Positions 9,772 through 20,193 of a DNA stretch of 64,000 nucleotides are shown piece after piece. The number at the start of each line of letters is the position of its first letter. Positions within the stretch are counted from its first letter, which is position 1. This DNA is from a virus, in the IMG/VR virus record IMGVR_UViG_3300022602_000029, positions 64,001-128,000 of that record. One strand, written 5' to 3'. Position numbers and translations under genes: made by a program. The notes below the pieces were generated by a model that saw only the letters and a list, made by a program, of their open reading frames with translations, was not told the origin of the DNA and made no database searches.

Positions 9772-10982
9772 AATTTATCTGCTTTCGGTCTTAGTGCTTT
9801 ACTCAATGCTTGTCTTTGCGGCATAGTTACATTACCGACAGTGACGGTATTGGTATTATTAACGAATGTACCGAGCTGTGTTTGATTGATAGCTTTTCCA
9901 GCATTCAATGTGCCTGGGGCTACATCGTTGGCTCCGAAGTTATCCAGGGTCATCCTTACGCTACTTTCAACAAATACCCAGTAGTGTCCGTCCCATTTAT
10001 ACATGACGTTTGGTACATAATCTATCCTTAGGCAGTATTGTCCTACCACGGGATCTGTAGGATACGTTATTCCCATGGTGATAGGAGCACCATTTGGCGG
10101 GATAGCACCATTGGTCAAGTATCCTTGATATTGAGTATTTTTTCCTTCCGGACTGGAACTTAATACGAAACTGGCATCGAGGGCATTGTTATCACTGCTA
10201 ACATCAACGCCTGTTGTGACATCTACTGATCCAGATAATCCATTAGCATTAAGTGGTATAACATAATAGGCGGTGTTATCGTATCCACTTAATGGAACAT
10301 CTAGTTCAGCCTGTTGTATGATAGCTTCATTGACCTGTATATTGGTATTGTAGGTACTGAGTACATCTCGTAGGGTCTTATTACCATCTCCTGAAGGGGA
10401 ATCAAGTATCTCTTTAAATTCTTGGCTATCAACTAGTGGTTGGCATTTAGCTCTCAGCAGGTGCGGGTACCACGTTTGGCTAAATCCTGATGCAGTTCTC
10501 GTTACATCAGTTATTACATAAAATCTTTTTAAAGCCACTGTGCTATCGTCGAGTGCGTATTCGTCTTTTAGATGAGGTAGTTCTAATACATCTCCTGCCA
10601 TTATTTTGCGTCCCAGTGCATCATAGGTGGTCCTTAGATGGAAAGTCACCATGATATTATCATTTTGTAAGAATAATCCAAACTGGCTGAGATTGAAATC
10701 TATATCCTGCATCGTATAGATGACACGCATCTGATAAACATCAGGTTCATATTTCCTATCTCTGTTTTCCATGAATAACAGATCTTGTATTCCTAGTTCA
10801 GAAATATAGTTTCCGTTGTTAGGTATCGCAGGGCTACTCTCGCCTTCTTGCGGGTTTACTGGTCCTAGATATTTGTGCACGAAAACATCTGTGCCTCCTA
10901 CTTGGAATTGTTCGTTGATAACACGGTCTAGGAATCTGAAATCCGGACCTTTTTCTGGTTTATATAAACTTAGGCGTGGCAT
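9768..10982 (-). CDS. gp14: Neck protein (T4 gp14-like)
   Basis: EQFQVGGTDVFVHKY and FGLFLQND resemble gp14. Start set at ATG 10982, after TATAAATA. Confidence 0.7.
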   Translation of the reverse strand: MPRLSLYKPEKGPDFRFLDRVINEQFQVGGTDVFVHKYLGPVNPQEGESSPAIPNNGNYISELGIQDLLFMENRDRKYEPDVYQMRVIYTMQDIDFNLSQFGLFLQNDNIMVTFHLRTTYDALGRKIMAGDVLELPHLKDEYALDDSTVALKRFYVITDVTRTASGFSQTWYPHLLRAKCQPLVDSQEFKEILDSPSGDGNKTLRDVLSTYNTNIQVNEAIIQQAELDVPLSGYDNTAYYVIPLNANGLSGSVDVTTGVDVSSDNNALDASFVLSSSPEGKNTQYQGYLTNGAIPPNGAPITMGITYPTDPVVGQYCLRIDYVPNVMYKWDGHYWVFVESSVRMTLDNFGANDVAPGTLNAGKAINQTQLGTFVNNTNTVTVGNVTMPQRQALSKALRPKADKL

Positions 10983-11010
10983 AGTAGTATATTTATAGGT
11001 AAATAACAGT

Positions 11011-11847
11011 ATGGCCCAATACAACAATTACCCACCTAATCCTGCGTATCCTCCTACTAATCCCATAACTCCGGATTACGAGGCGTATCTAAAACAGCTT
11101 GAAGTGTCACGCCAAGATGTTGTCGAATATGTTAGAACCATGTTAGGTTATGGAATGGTTGACGTTGAGCTCGATCCCGCACATTACAATACAGCTATAG
11201 ATAAAGCATTGGCCAAGTATCGTCAGCGCAGTAGTAATGCTGTAGAAGAAAGTTTTGGATTCTTGACCTTAGAGATCGATCAGAACGAATATGTATTACC
11301 TAGAGAAGTCCAAAGCGTCCGTGAGATATTCCGACGTAGCATCGGCTCAAGGACAGGCGGTGGTGATGGCGGATCATTATTTGAGCCATTTAATCTAGCC
11401 TACAGCAATACCTATTTGCTTAGTACCAGCAACATGGGAGGTATCGCTACCTACTATATGTTCGCTAGTTATCAGAAAGAAGTAGGTAAGTTATTTGGTA
11501 GTTATATCCTGTTTGATTTTAACTCTGTAACTAAAAAGCTACGCATCACACAGCGTCCAAGAGGACAAGAAAGTGTCTTATTATGGATGTATAATCAACG
11601 TCCAGATTTCCAACTATATACAGATACCTATTCAGGGATATGGTTAAAAGATTATACTCTAGCACTATGTAAGATCATGCTAGGTGAAGCACGTGAAAAA
11701 TTCGCCACTATCGCTAGTCCACAAGGCGGAACACAGTTAAATGGACAGGCCCTCAAAACTGAGGGTAGAGAACTAATCGAAAAACTAGAACTTGAATTGA
11801 TTAATAATCACGATAATCAAACACCAATGTGGTTTACCAGGGGTTGA
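11011..11847 (+). CDS. gp13: Neck protein (T4 gp13-like)
   Basis: MLGYGMVDVELD...AIDKAL and GGTQLNG motifs. Confidence 0.8.
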   Translation: MAQYNNYPPNPAYPPTNPITPDYEAYLKQLEVSRQDVVEYVRTMLGYGMVDVELDPAHYNTAIDKALAKYRQRSSNAVEESFGFLTLEIDQNEYVLPREVQSVREIFRRSIGSRTGGGDGGSLFEPFNLAYSNTYLLSTSNMGGIATYYMFASYQKEVGKLFGSYILFDFNSVTKKLRITQRPRGQESVLLWMYNQRPDFQLYTDTYSGIWLKDYTLALCKIMLGEAREKFATIASPQGGTQLNGQALKTEGRELIEKLELELINNHDNQTPMWFTRG

Positions 11848-11892
11848 TCTCTACATCTAAATGTAATAAACTATAAACAAGCAGGAGACACT

Positions 11893-12543
11893 ATGATTAT
11901 AGGCTTTGTTGGTTTAATAGGCAGCGGTAAAGATACAGCCGCAGATTACTTAGTTAACTTCCACGGATTTAGACGAGACAGTTTCGCCAGCACACTCAAA
12001 GATGCTGTAGCCGCGGTATTCGGTTGGGACCGAACATTACTAGAAGGCAGGACCAAAGAAGGTCGCGAATGGCGAGAACAGGTAGATCCATGGTGGGCTG
12101 AGAGATTGAATATGCCTACGCTGACTCCCCGTTGGGTCCTGCAGTATTGGGGCACAGACGTTATCCGCAACGGATTCCATAACGACATGTGGATAGCTAG
12201 CCTAGAAAATAAGATGCGCAAAACTACTGATGACATAGTGATCAGCGATGTTAGATTTCCTAACGAGATAACTGCTATACACAACAGTGGTGGCATCGTG
12301 GTACGAATAAAGAGAGGCGCCGATCCTGAATGGTTTATAGATGCTGAACACTATAATGCTGGACCTAATGGAAATTTGGATTGGGCGTTAAGTAAAAATC
12401 GATTAACTGCTCACAATGTACACTCTAGCGAATACAGCTGGGTCGGTGGTAATATAGATCATATCGTTATTAATGATTCCACGATCGATGATCTTTTCCA
12501 GCAGATTAAAAATCTGGTACCAAATCTCCCTGTCTCCAACTGA
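11893..12543 (+). CDS. gp1: Deoxynucleoside monophosphate kinase (T4 gp1-like)
   Basis: GLIGSGKDT, FASTLKD, LQYWGTD and DVRFPNE motifs. Confidence 0.9.
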   Translation: MIIGFVGLIGSGKDTAADYLVNFHGFRRDSFASTLKDAVAAVFGWDRTLLEGRTKEGREWREQVDPWWAERLNMPTLTPRWVLQYWGTDVIRNGFHNDMWIASLENKMRKTTDDIVISDVRFPNEITAIHNSGGIVVRIKRGADPEWFIDAEHYNAGPNGNLDWALSKNRLTAHNVHSSEYSWVGGNIDHIVINDSTIDDLFQQIKNLVPNLPVSN

Positions 12544-12844
12544 CGCCTTCATCTAGTAGTAGTCTCTGGCAGTTGGCACATACTGATTTGAGATTAGCAT
12601 GGCGACAGTTATCTAAATTTCCATCTATGTGATATACATTGAACTGTTTGGAATATCTGCTAGTGAAGCCGCATTTGTCGCATTTCAGTTTTAACTTGTA
12701 TCCTGCCCTGGCCCATCTTGGGATTCCTTCTTCTCTTCCCCTAACACAATGGTCGCACTGACTCCTATAATAGGTCTTGCCCTCTTTGTGATAGTTAACA
12801 GCCCTTGGCCTAGTTCCGCATTTTTTACATAATAATCTCGACAT
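12506..12844 (-). CDS. Zn-ribbon/HNH protein
   Basis: CxxC pairs and VYHIDGNLDNCRHANLKSVCANC. Start set at ATG 12844. Confidence 0.7.
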   Translation of the reverse strand: MSRLLCKKCGTRPRAVNYHKEGKTYYRSQCDHCVRGREEGIPRWARAGYKLKLKCDKCGFTSRYSKQFNVYHIDGNLDNCRHANLKSVCANCQRLLLDEGVSWRQGDLVPDF

Positions 12845-12944
12845 ATGCGCCCTTTTGTTGCCCTTTACAAACGTATTTAATACGGTAAAAAATCTTGTGG
12901 TATCGCTAAATAAAACAAAGTGATCCAAATTAGGAGATTCAACA

Positions 12945-15900
12945 ATGGGAACAACACTAAATTCACCAGGCGTATCAGTAAGCGTAATAGACCAGAGTTT
13001 TTACACACCAGCTGCCCCTGGAACGGTTCCGATGTTTTTCGTAGCATCGGCCGCAAACAAAATTAATAGTTCCGGAGTTATTGCCCAGGGAACTATACCA
13101 GCTAACGCAGGTACAGTATATACGATTTCAAGTCAACTAGATCTAGTTAATACATTTGGTACACCTCTGTTCCCTACAGATAGCCAAGGTAACAGCATCA
13201 ACGGCGGCGAGCAAAATGAATATGGATTACAGGCTGCCTACAGCAGTTTAGGTGTTAACAACCTAGCATATGTTGTTAGAGCTAATATCGATCTAAGCCA
13301 GTTATCAGCTAGCGCATCTGTTCCAACTGGTCTACCAGTCAATGGAACATATTGGTTAGATACAGGCAACACACAGTTTGGAGTTTATGAGTGGGATGCT
13401 GTAAACAAAGTATTCACTTTACAAACACCATTAATCATCGATGACAGTAACTCAGCTACAGACACTGCAGATGGATTGACTCCTAATCAAAGTTTTGGTA
13501 CATTAGGTGCCTATGCTGTAGTCGCTACCAGCATGAATAAAGGTCAAGTATGGTACAAAAACGAATCCAATAACTGGGTGATCGTTGGTACTAATACAGA
13601 ATCACAGTTTGGATCCAGCATCAGCGGATACACATTTAAATCTAACTCTTGGGTAACAAGCTATCCATTGGTGACCAGCACTGGTATACAAGGCCTAACA
13701 GGTGGTAGCACATTCTATATCAATGGAACACAGATCACTATTGGATCAACATCTACTAACAGCGTGGCTACAACTATCAATAGCCTAATGCCACAGAACG
13801 GTGTAGGAGCCAAGGTTAACAGTAGCGGTTATATAGAACTATATGCTGATTCTAGAGCCGACGGGGTAACCACTAACGATGGACAAATCGTGCTAAGTGG
13901 AACGACATCAACTCTAGTAGCGTTAGGATTGACAGCAGGTACATATGCTCCTGTGGCATTGACACTAGCACCGCATACACAAGTTCCTAAATATGCTTCA
14001 CTGGGTGTACCTAGTGGTAGTGTATACGTCAAGACAACCAGCGCTAGCGTTGGTGCTGATTGGATCATTAGATTATACAATGCGAATACAGCAGTATGGA
14101 CTACAGTTTCTGCTCCTATATATGGCGGAACAGATGCAGCCTTAGTTGCTCTAGATCCAGTAGGCGGTGGTGGCCAGATAGCAGTAGGTACCTTATTCGT
14201 AGAAAGCAACTTCGACCACGGTAAGAATACATATAATAGTCCCAAAGAAGCTGAGTTTAGAGTCATGCGTAGATCAGCTACTAAACCTACTACTATAGTA
14301 GGCGGACAAAGCGTATCGTCTTTTGTTATTCATAGAGGCGCTAGTACAGTTACTACCGTTTACAGTTTCTCAATAGATGAAAGTATCCCCGGAATAAACG
14401 GATATCAAAATACATCTACTATCACAGTAGCTACTATCACTGCTAGCACAGGATCAACAAGTACTACAGTGAGTGGTTCTAGTATAGTGACACAGATCAG
14501 TGCTGCCGGATTTGCAGAAATCAGCGCCAGTATCAACAGTAGTGGTTATCTAACAATCACTCATGCAAGTGGTGGAGATTTCCGTCTAACTGATATCAAC
14601 TCAACAGGCATACTCAGCACATTAGGCTATACAGCTACAGGAAATAATCCTACAGCGAATCTACTGGCTCCAGGAGCTTTTGATTCATATACCTTCAAAG
14701 GTTCAAACTGGGCTCCGTTGGTATTTGAAGCATTAACTACAGAACCAACGACTAGCCCAACTAATGGACAGTTATGGTATGGAAGTAATCTAGAAGATGT
14801 TGATATCTTATATCATAACGGCACTACATGGGTAGGATATCAATATGCTGGTAATGGTTACCAAGGAGTTGATCCTGCGTTCCCTAACAGCGATCCTAAT
14901 GGACCTATCATAGCCGCAGTACAACCTACTAAACAGAGCGATGGTACAGCATTAGAAAACGGTGATATATGGATTAACAGCTCAAGTTCAGTTATATATG
15001 GCCAAGCTATATATGTTTACAATGGCAATACTTTAACATGGGTCCTACAAGATCCTTCCGATCACGTTACACCTAATGGCTGGGTATTTGCTGACGCACG
15101 CTGGGCAACAAGTGGTCAGGCTACTCAACCAAGCTCTATTAAATCATTGTTGACAAGTAACTATCTAGATCCAGACGCACCGGATCCAGCACTATATCCA
15201 GAAGGCACACGCTTATGGAATCTACGTCGTAGTGGATACAACGTCAAGAAATATGAAGTCGGTTATATCAACATCTACGAAAACAACGGTGTCAATCCTA
15301 GATATCAAAATGACCCAATGGAGGGTCAAGGTAACACTACCCCATATAACGCTAACCGTTGGGTAACAGTTAGCCCTAATGACTATTTAGGTAGAGGTGT
15401 ATTCGGAAGATATGCACAGCGAGGCTTTGTTGTAGCGAGTTTGAAATCAGCTATAGATACAAATACAAAAGCTAGAGATACCGATACAGTTATATTCAAT
15501 CTATCTGCTTGCCCTGGATACCCAGAAGCGATACAGAACTTGATCGAACTAAATTCTGATAGAGGTTACACAGGATTTGTAGTGGGAGATACTCCATTCC
15601 GTTTACCTAGCGATACTACTTCTCTAGCCAACTGGGGTACCAACGCAGCCGGTGCTGTTGATAATGGAGAGCAAGGCGCTGTTAGTTATGATGACTACAT
15701 GGCTATGTTCTATCCAAGTGGTTATACGAATGATAACACAGGAAATCCTATCATCGTACCACCAAGCCATATGATGATACGCACTATTATTGAAAGCGAT
15801 CAGAAATCATATCCTTGGTTTGCTCCAAGCGGTGTGAACAGAGGAGCTATCGATAATGCTACATCAGTAGGTTATGTAGATAGCGCAGGTGATTTTATTA

Positions 15901-16379
15901 CGGCAGCCTTACCACAGAGCACACGCGATGTAATGGCTCAGAATGGAAAGATCAATCCTTTAGCAACACTAAATGGGGTTGGTATCGTTAACTATGGTAA
16001 CTATACTAGGGCCCACACAGCAAGTGCGTTAGACAGGATCAACGTAGCTAGATTGGTAGCTTATCTAAGACGCCAGCTAGGTATTTTGGCTCAACCTTAT
16101 CTGTTTGAACCAAATGATTCTGGTACTAGAGCCGCAATACAAAAAGCCGCAGAAAGTCTGTTTATTGAATTAGTCAATCAACGTGCTATCTATGACTATA
16201 TTGTAGTTTGCGATTCTAGCAACAACACACCAGCAAGGATCGATAGAAACGAACTATGGTTGGATGCGGCTATCGAACCAGTTAAAGCAGTTGAGTTTAT
16301 CTATATACCATTGAGACTGTTGAATACAGGCGCTATAGCATCAGGAAATCTTGGTGCTGGATTCCCCGGTTCAAATTAA
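12945..16379 (+). CDS. gp18: Contractile tail sheath (gp18-like) with large insertion domains
   Basis: SPGVSVSVID N-terminus; PWFAPSG, DRINVARL, FEPND and EFIYIP C-terminus. Confidence 0.93.
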   Translation: MGTTLNSPGVSVSVIDQSFYTPAAPGTVPMFFVASAANKINSSGVIAQGTIPANAGTVYTISSQLDLVNTFGTPLFPTDSQGNSINGGEQNEYGLQAAYSSLGVNNLAYVVRANIDLSQLSASASVPTGLPVNGTYWLDTGNTQFGVYEWDAVNKVFTLQTPLIIDDSNSATDTADGLTPNQSFGTLGAYAVVATSMNKGQVWYKNESNNWVIVGTNTESQFGSSISGYTFKSNSWVTSYPLVTSTGIQGLTGGSTFYINGTQITIGSTSTNSVATTINSLMPQNGVGAKVNSSGYIELYADSRADGVTTNDGQIVLSGTTSTLVALGLTAGTYAPVALTLAPHTQVPKYASLGVPSGSVYVKTTSASVGADWIIRLYNANTAVWTTVSAPIYGGTDAALVALDPVGGGGQIAVGTLFVESNFDHGKNTYNSPKEAEFRVMRRSATKPTTIVGGQSVSSFVIHRGASTVTTVYSFSIDESIPGINGYQNTSTITVATITASTGSTSTTVSGSSIVTQISAAGFAEISASINSSGYLTITHASGGDFRLTDINSTGILSTLGYTATGNNPTANLLAPGAFDSYTFKGSNWAPLVFEALTTEPTTSPTNGQLWYGSNLEDVDILYHNGTTWVGYQYAGNGYQGVDPAFPNSDPNGPIIAAVQPTKQSDGTALENGDIWINSSSSVIYGQAIYVYNGNTLTWVLQDPSDHVTPNGWVFADARWATSGQATQPSSIKSLLTSNYLDPDAPDPALYPEGTRLWNLRRSGYNVKKYEVGYINIYENNGVNPRYQNDPMEGQGNTTPYNANRWVTVSPNDYLGRGVFGRYAQRGFVVASLKSAIDTNTKARDTDTVIFNLSACPGYPEAIQNLIELNSDRGYTGFVVGDTPFRLPSDTTSLANWGTNAAGAVDNGEQGAVSYDDYMAMFYPSGYTNDNTGNPIIVPPSHMMIRTIIESDQKSYPWFAPSGVNRGAIDNATSVGYVDSAGDFITAALPQSTRDVMAQNGKINPLATLNGVGIVNYGNYTRAHTASALDRINVARLVAYLRRQLGILAQPYLFEPNDSGTRAAIQKAAESLFIELVNQRAIYDYIVVCDSSNNTPARIDRNELWLDAAIEPVKAVEFIYIPLRLLNTGAIASGNLGAGFPGSN

Positions 16380-16409
16380 TGGTAAATATAAAGAATAAGG
16401 AGCATTTTG

Positions 16410-17039
16410 ATGGCAATATCTAGTTTAATAAATTATTCAGTACCTTTAGCTGGAGGCGGGCAGAGCGCCGCTAACCAGGGCTTACTGATGCCAAAACTGA
16501 AATATCGTTTCAGAGTAACATTCGTTGGATTCGGTGCTAATAATAACACATTCGAGTTAACTAAACAGGTCGTGACTGCAGGTCGTCCAAGTGTTTCCTG
16601 GGAAAACGTAGAACTCAATGTATATAACAGTAAGATAAACTATGCTGGAAAATATACATGGGATGCTGTGCAGATCGTGTTAAGAGATGACGTAACCAAC
16701 GCAGTAACACAGTTAGTTGGTCAACAGATCCAGAAACAGTTTGATTTCTTTGAACAGAGTTCGGCGGCATCGGGAAGTGATTATAAATTCCAAACTAATA
16801 TCGAGATACTAGATGGTGGAAATGGAACAAATTCTCCAACTACTCTTGAACAGTTTGAACTCTATGGTTGCTACATACAAAAAGCCGCATATCAACAAGG
16901 TGATTACAAAACCAGCGATGCTATGGATATTACCTTAGATCTTAAGTTTGATAACGCACTACAATACAACGGTGATGGATCTCTAGGTGGTATTGGTACC
17001 TCAGTAGCAAGGACATTAGGTCAAGTAGCTACAAGCTAA
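16410..17039 (+). CDS. gp19: Tail tube protein (gp19-like)
   Basis: Follows the sheath gene; PKLKYRFRV and LKFDNA motifs; AAGGAG RBS. Confidence 0.85.
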   Translation: MAISSLINYSVPLAGGGQSAANQGLLMPKLKYRFRVTFVGFGANNNTFELTKQVVTAGRPSVSWENVELNVYNSKINYAGKYTWDAVQIVLRDDVTNAVTQLVGQQIQKQFDFFEQSSAASGSDYKFQTNIEILDGGNGTNSPTTLEQFELYGCYIQKAAYQQGDYKTSDAMDITLDLKFDNALQYNGDGSLGGIGTSVARTLGQVATS

Positions 17040-17052
17040 TAGACCTAAAAAT

Positions 17053-17076
17053 AAAGGCCCTTAGGGGCCTTTTTTT
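17053..17076 (+). terminator. Intrinsic terminator after the tail tube gene
   Basis: AAAGGCCC-TTAG-GGGCCTTT stem-loop followed by a T-tract. Confidence 0.85.
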
Positions 17077-17093
17077 ATCACATAAATATTGCT

Positions 17094-18266
17094 ATGAGCG
17101 CTTTTACATCTTTCCTATCTACAGTATTATCTGAAGGCTGGATGCGTGATCAAGAACATGCCAGTAAGCTATACAGAGCAGATGGTGTTTATGATTTCGC
17201 ACCTAAAACAGCATGGATATACTATGTTACATTCCAAATAAACAGCAATGTTCTAGGAGCTGCCTCAGGATCAGCGCAGGTAGCAAATAAGTTTTTCATC
17301 AGCCAAAGTTGGAAAAATAGGATGTATGATGGGAATACTATCGGCCAGTTAGTTAAATCTGCTGATCTTCCTAAATTCAATATATCGACTGAGACATTGA
17401 ATCAATACAATAGGAAAACACAGGTAACTACCAAGTTAGAATATCTACCACTGAATATAACGTTCCATGATGATCAGGCCAATGCCACTAGTGATCTTTG
17501 GTTCGCCTATTATAACTATATGTTCGCTGATGGGTATTATAGTCCTGCTAACTCTCCGGGAAATCAGGGATATATAAGCCTTGTACAACAGCAATACTAT
17601 AATAGCGATAACAAATACTCAGTGGAACCTACCAGATATGGTTATGATCCTCAAAATAAATATCCCTTCTTTGATAGCATTACGATTTATCTGATGAACA
17701 AACAAAAATATTATAGTTTTACTTTGATAAATCCTATCATCAAAGAATGGAGGCATGGCGATGTTGATCAAAATCAAGGAAATAAATTCTTAGAAAATAA
17801 AATGACCTTGGCATATGAGACTATAGCCTATGATAAAGGAAATACAGGAAACATCAAACCGGCCTTTAACAAAACACATTACGATACCACTCCTAGCCCT
17901 CTAGCTATCGCGGGAGGTGGTAGCAGTAGTCTTTTTGGAGAAGGGGGAGTAGTAGCAGGAGCCACAGGAATATTCGGAGCCAACGGATCATTCTCCGCCG
18001 CATTATCTTCCAATGATCCATGGGCATTTGCCAAGGTAGCTATTCAGACTGCTAACCTAGCTAAAAATGTCTCTAATCTTAATACAGCGGCCACAGTCAA
18101 TGAACTAACTAACCAGGGATTGGCTCAGCTGAATAGTATAGCGACCAGCGCCAAATCAGGTAGTTCGGTCATACCTCCTGGATTTAGTTTTCCAGGAGTG
18201 GGATTTAACGGCGGCGCCCCTACCACTACAGCCCAGCCTTCTAATATAACTTATAATAAAGTATGA
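17094..18266 (+). CDS. Tube-like baseplate/tail tube initiator (gp48/gp54-like)
   Basis: VKSADLPKF...ITFHDD tube-family motif; position after gp19. Confidence 0.6.
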   Translation: MSAFTSFLSTVLSEGWMRDQEHASKLYRADGVYDFAPKTAWIYYVTFQINSNVLGAASGSAQVANKFFISQSWKNRMYDGNTIGQLVKSADLPKFNISTETLNQYNRKTQVTTKLEYLPLNITFHDDQANATSDLWFAYYNYMFADGYYSPANSPGNQGYISLVQQQYYNSDNKYSVEPTRYGYDPQNKYPFFDSITIYLMNKQKYYSFTLINPIIKEWRHGDVDQNQGNKFLENKMTLAYETIAYDKGNTGNIKPAFNKTHYDTTPSPLAIAGGGSSSLFGEGGVVAGATGIFGANGSFSAALSSNDPWAFAKVAIQTANLAKNVSNLNTAATVNELTNQGLAQLNSIATSAKSGSSVIPPGFSFPGVGFNGGAPTTTAQPSNITYNKV

Positions 18267-18640
18267 CCTTATACAATAACATTCCCCAATCTACATCAGG
18301 CGGATCTAGTTCAGATGCCACTGTGCAATATTTCAGTACTTTCTATCAGAAGCCTATTAGTCTTAGTGATCAAGACCTGGCGGCAGTGACCGGTTTCTTC
18401 CAAGGAGCTGGATTTAGTTTAGAGAATGCTAGATCTATAGCTACTATAATACTCAGCCAGGCCAAACTAACCAACTCAGATGCTTATACTATTATAGATA
18501 CCTTGAGAAAGTTAAATGGCCTACAGTTAAGCACCATAGTGGCAGAAATATTGAACACTAACAGATTTAAAACTAGCAGCCTAGGTACATCAAATCTTTC
18601 GACTACTGCTGATGAAGTATCGAGAAACATAATAGCATGA
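18263..18640 (+). CDS. Hypothetical protein
   Basis: ORF coupled to both neighbours by ATGA overlaps. Confidence 0.7.
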   Translation: MTLYNNIPQSTSGGSSSDATVQYFSTFYQKPISLSDQDLAAVTGFFQGAGFSLENARSIATIILSQAKLTNSDAYTIIDTLRKLNGLQLSTIVAEILNTNRFKTSSLGTSNLSTTADEVSRNIIA

Positions 18641-19077
18641 GTCTAAGATTTAATCAGGGATTTTTTAGCATCAAGAATCCAGAAAAATACATAGGATTAG
18701 GGACACCTCGTTTCCGTAGTAGTTGGGAGCTGTCGGTTATGAAGATGTGCGATGAGAACGAAGCGATACATCAATGGGCCAGCGAAAGTATAAAAATACC
18801 CTACAAAGATCCTCTAAGCGGTAAACCTACTGTTTATGTACCTGACTTCTTGGTCATATTCCAAGATAATAAAAAACAAAAACGTGCCGAAGTATGGGAG
18901 ATAAAACCTGCCAATCAAACCCTGAAAGAAAAGGTAGGCAAAAATATCTACAATCAGGCGCAGTACATACGTAACATGGTTAAATGGGCGGCAGCCAAGG
19001 CCTACTGTAGCCAGAACGGAATGAAGTTCCGTATTATAACAGAACATGATTTATACCATACCGGTAAAAAGATGTGA
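18637..19077 (+). CDS. gp4: Head completion nuclease (T4 gp4-like)
   Basis: RSSWE, WASE, YVPDF, EIKP and KWAAA motifs. Confidence 0.85.
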   Translation: MSLRFNQGFFSIKNPEKYIGLGTPRFRSSWELSVMKMCDENEAIHQWASESIKIPYKDPLSGKPTVYVPDFLVIFQDNKKQKRAEVWEIKPANQTLKEKVGKNIYNQAQYIRNMVKWAAAKAYCSQNGMKFRIITEHDLYHTGKKM

Positions 19078-19090
19078 TAAGTAGTAGACT

Positions 19091-19564
19091 ATGACAAAGA
19101 AGCTAGAAGAACTATTAGATATAAATCCGCTCAAGGAAGAATCTGCTCCCCTTCCGGAAACACTACCAGAAAATCCCGTAATCTCGCTAGAAGAAAAACT
19201 AGAAGAGTTTGATAAAATAGCCAGTGCCCTACCTCGTGTGAGAGGGCTAGGAGATATATCAGATCTAGAACTAGATAATCTAGCAAAGAAAGCAGAAGAA
19301 GCCTATGATGACATCATGGATCTAGGTATGCAGGTCGAGCCCAAATATAGCGCTCGTATGTTTGAAGTGGCTACAGGTATGCTTAATGCCGCTATAACAG
19401 CCAAAACAAATAAGATTGAAAAGAAGCTGAAAATGGTAGATCTACAGCTGAAAAAACTAGCTATAGATAAGAAAAGCGGCAAGGGTGACGAGATCGAAGG
19501 TGAAGGCTTCATCGTCACGGATCGTAACAGCATCCTTGAAAAACTTAAAAATCTTAATAAATAA
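19091..19564 (+). CDS. Probable terminase small subunit (gp16-like)
   Basis: Helical ARMFEVATGML...KL...TDRNSILEKL pattern resembles T4-like TerS; lies near TerL. Confidence 0.6.
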   Translation: MTKKLEELLDINPLKEESAPLPETLPENPVISLEEKLEEFDKIASALPRVRGLGDISDLELDNLAKKAEEAYDDIMDLGMQVEPKYSARMFEVATGMLNAAITAKTNKIEKKLKMVDLQLKKLAIDKKSGKGDEIEGEGFIVTDRNSILEKLKNLNK

Positions 19565-19580
19565 AGCATAGGATACTGAC

Positions 19581-20192
19581 ATGACATCATTTAAACAACT
19601 ACTGTCCGAGAGCACTAAGAAATATAACTTTAGAGTTAAAATCGCCGGAGCTTTTGACAAAGACAACGAAACCAAACTGGAATCATTACTAGATAAGTTC
19701 AAGGTTTCTAGTTTTAAAAAATCAGGAACAACTCCTGTGCAGAGCTTTCCTTTAGATTTTCCTAAGTTAAGGAATGAACTAGTTTCTATCTATGAAGTTA
19801 CAGTAGATTATCCAACTACACCGTTCGAACTTACAGAATACCTAAATAACAATATCAATATTCCTAAAGAACACCTAATAGTAAAAACACCAGGTGATCC
19901 TACAGAAGCATACCAAGAGCCAGTAGAAAAAAGAACAGAGGCATTGCTCAATGATGGAGAATATAAAGAATCTCCAAATGCCAAGTTTGAAGATTACTAC
20001 GGTGACAAATACAACTCAGGATTCGTCAAAGAACTAAACGATATCTTGAAGTTGCAGAGAAGAGAGAGAGGTGAAGTCATACCCGAGTCTAAGCCAGATG
20101 ATATTATCAAGAACCCAGGTCAGACTTTAAATGATATCCCGCAAAATAACAAGTCGCTATTAAAGCAGGCTACAGATCCAAGGAAACGATAA
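19581..20192 (+). CDS. Hypothetical protein with a capsid-targeting-like N-terminus
   Basis: Starts MTSFKQLLSE; late promoter and RBS upstream. Confidence 0.6.
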   Translation: MTSFKQLLSESTKKYNFRVKIAGAFDKDNETKLESLLDKFKVSSFKKSGTTPVQSFPLDFPKLRNELVSIYEVTVDYPTTPFELTEYLNNNINIPKEHLIVKTPGDPTEAYQEPVEKRTEALLNDGEYKESPNAKFEDYYGDKYNSGFVKELNDILKLQRRERGEVIPESKPDDIIKNPGQTLNDIPQNNKSLLKQATDPRKR

Positions 20193-20193
20193 T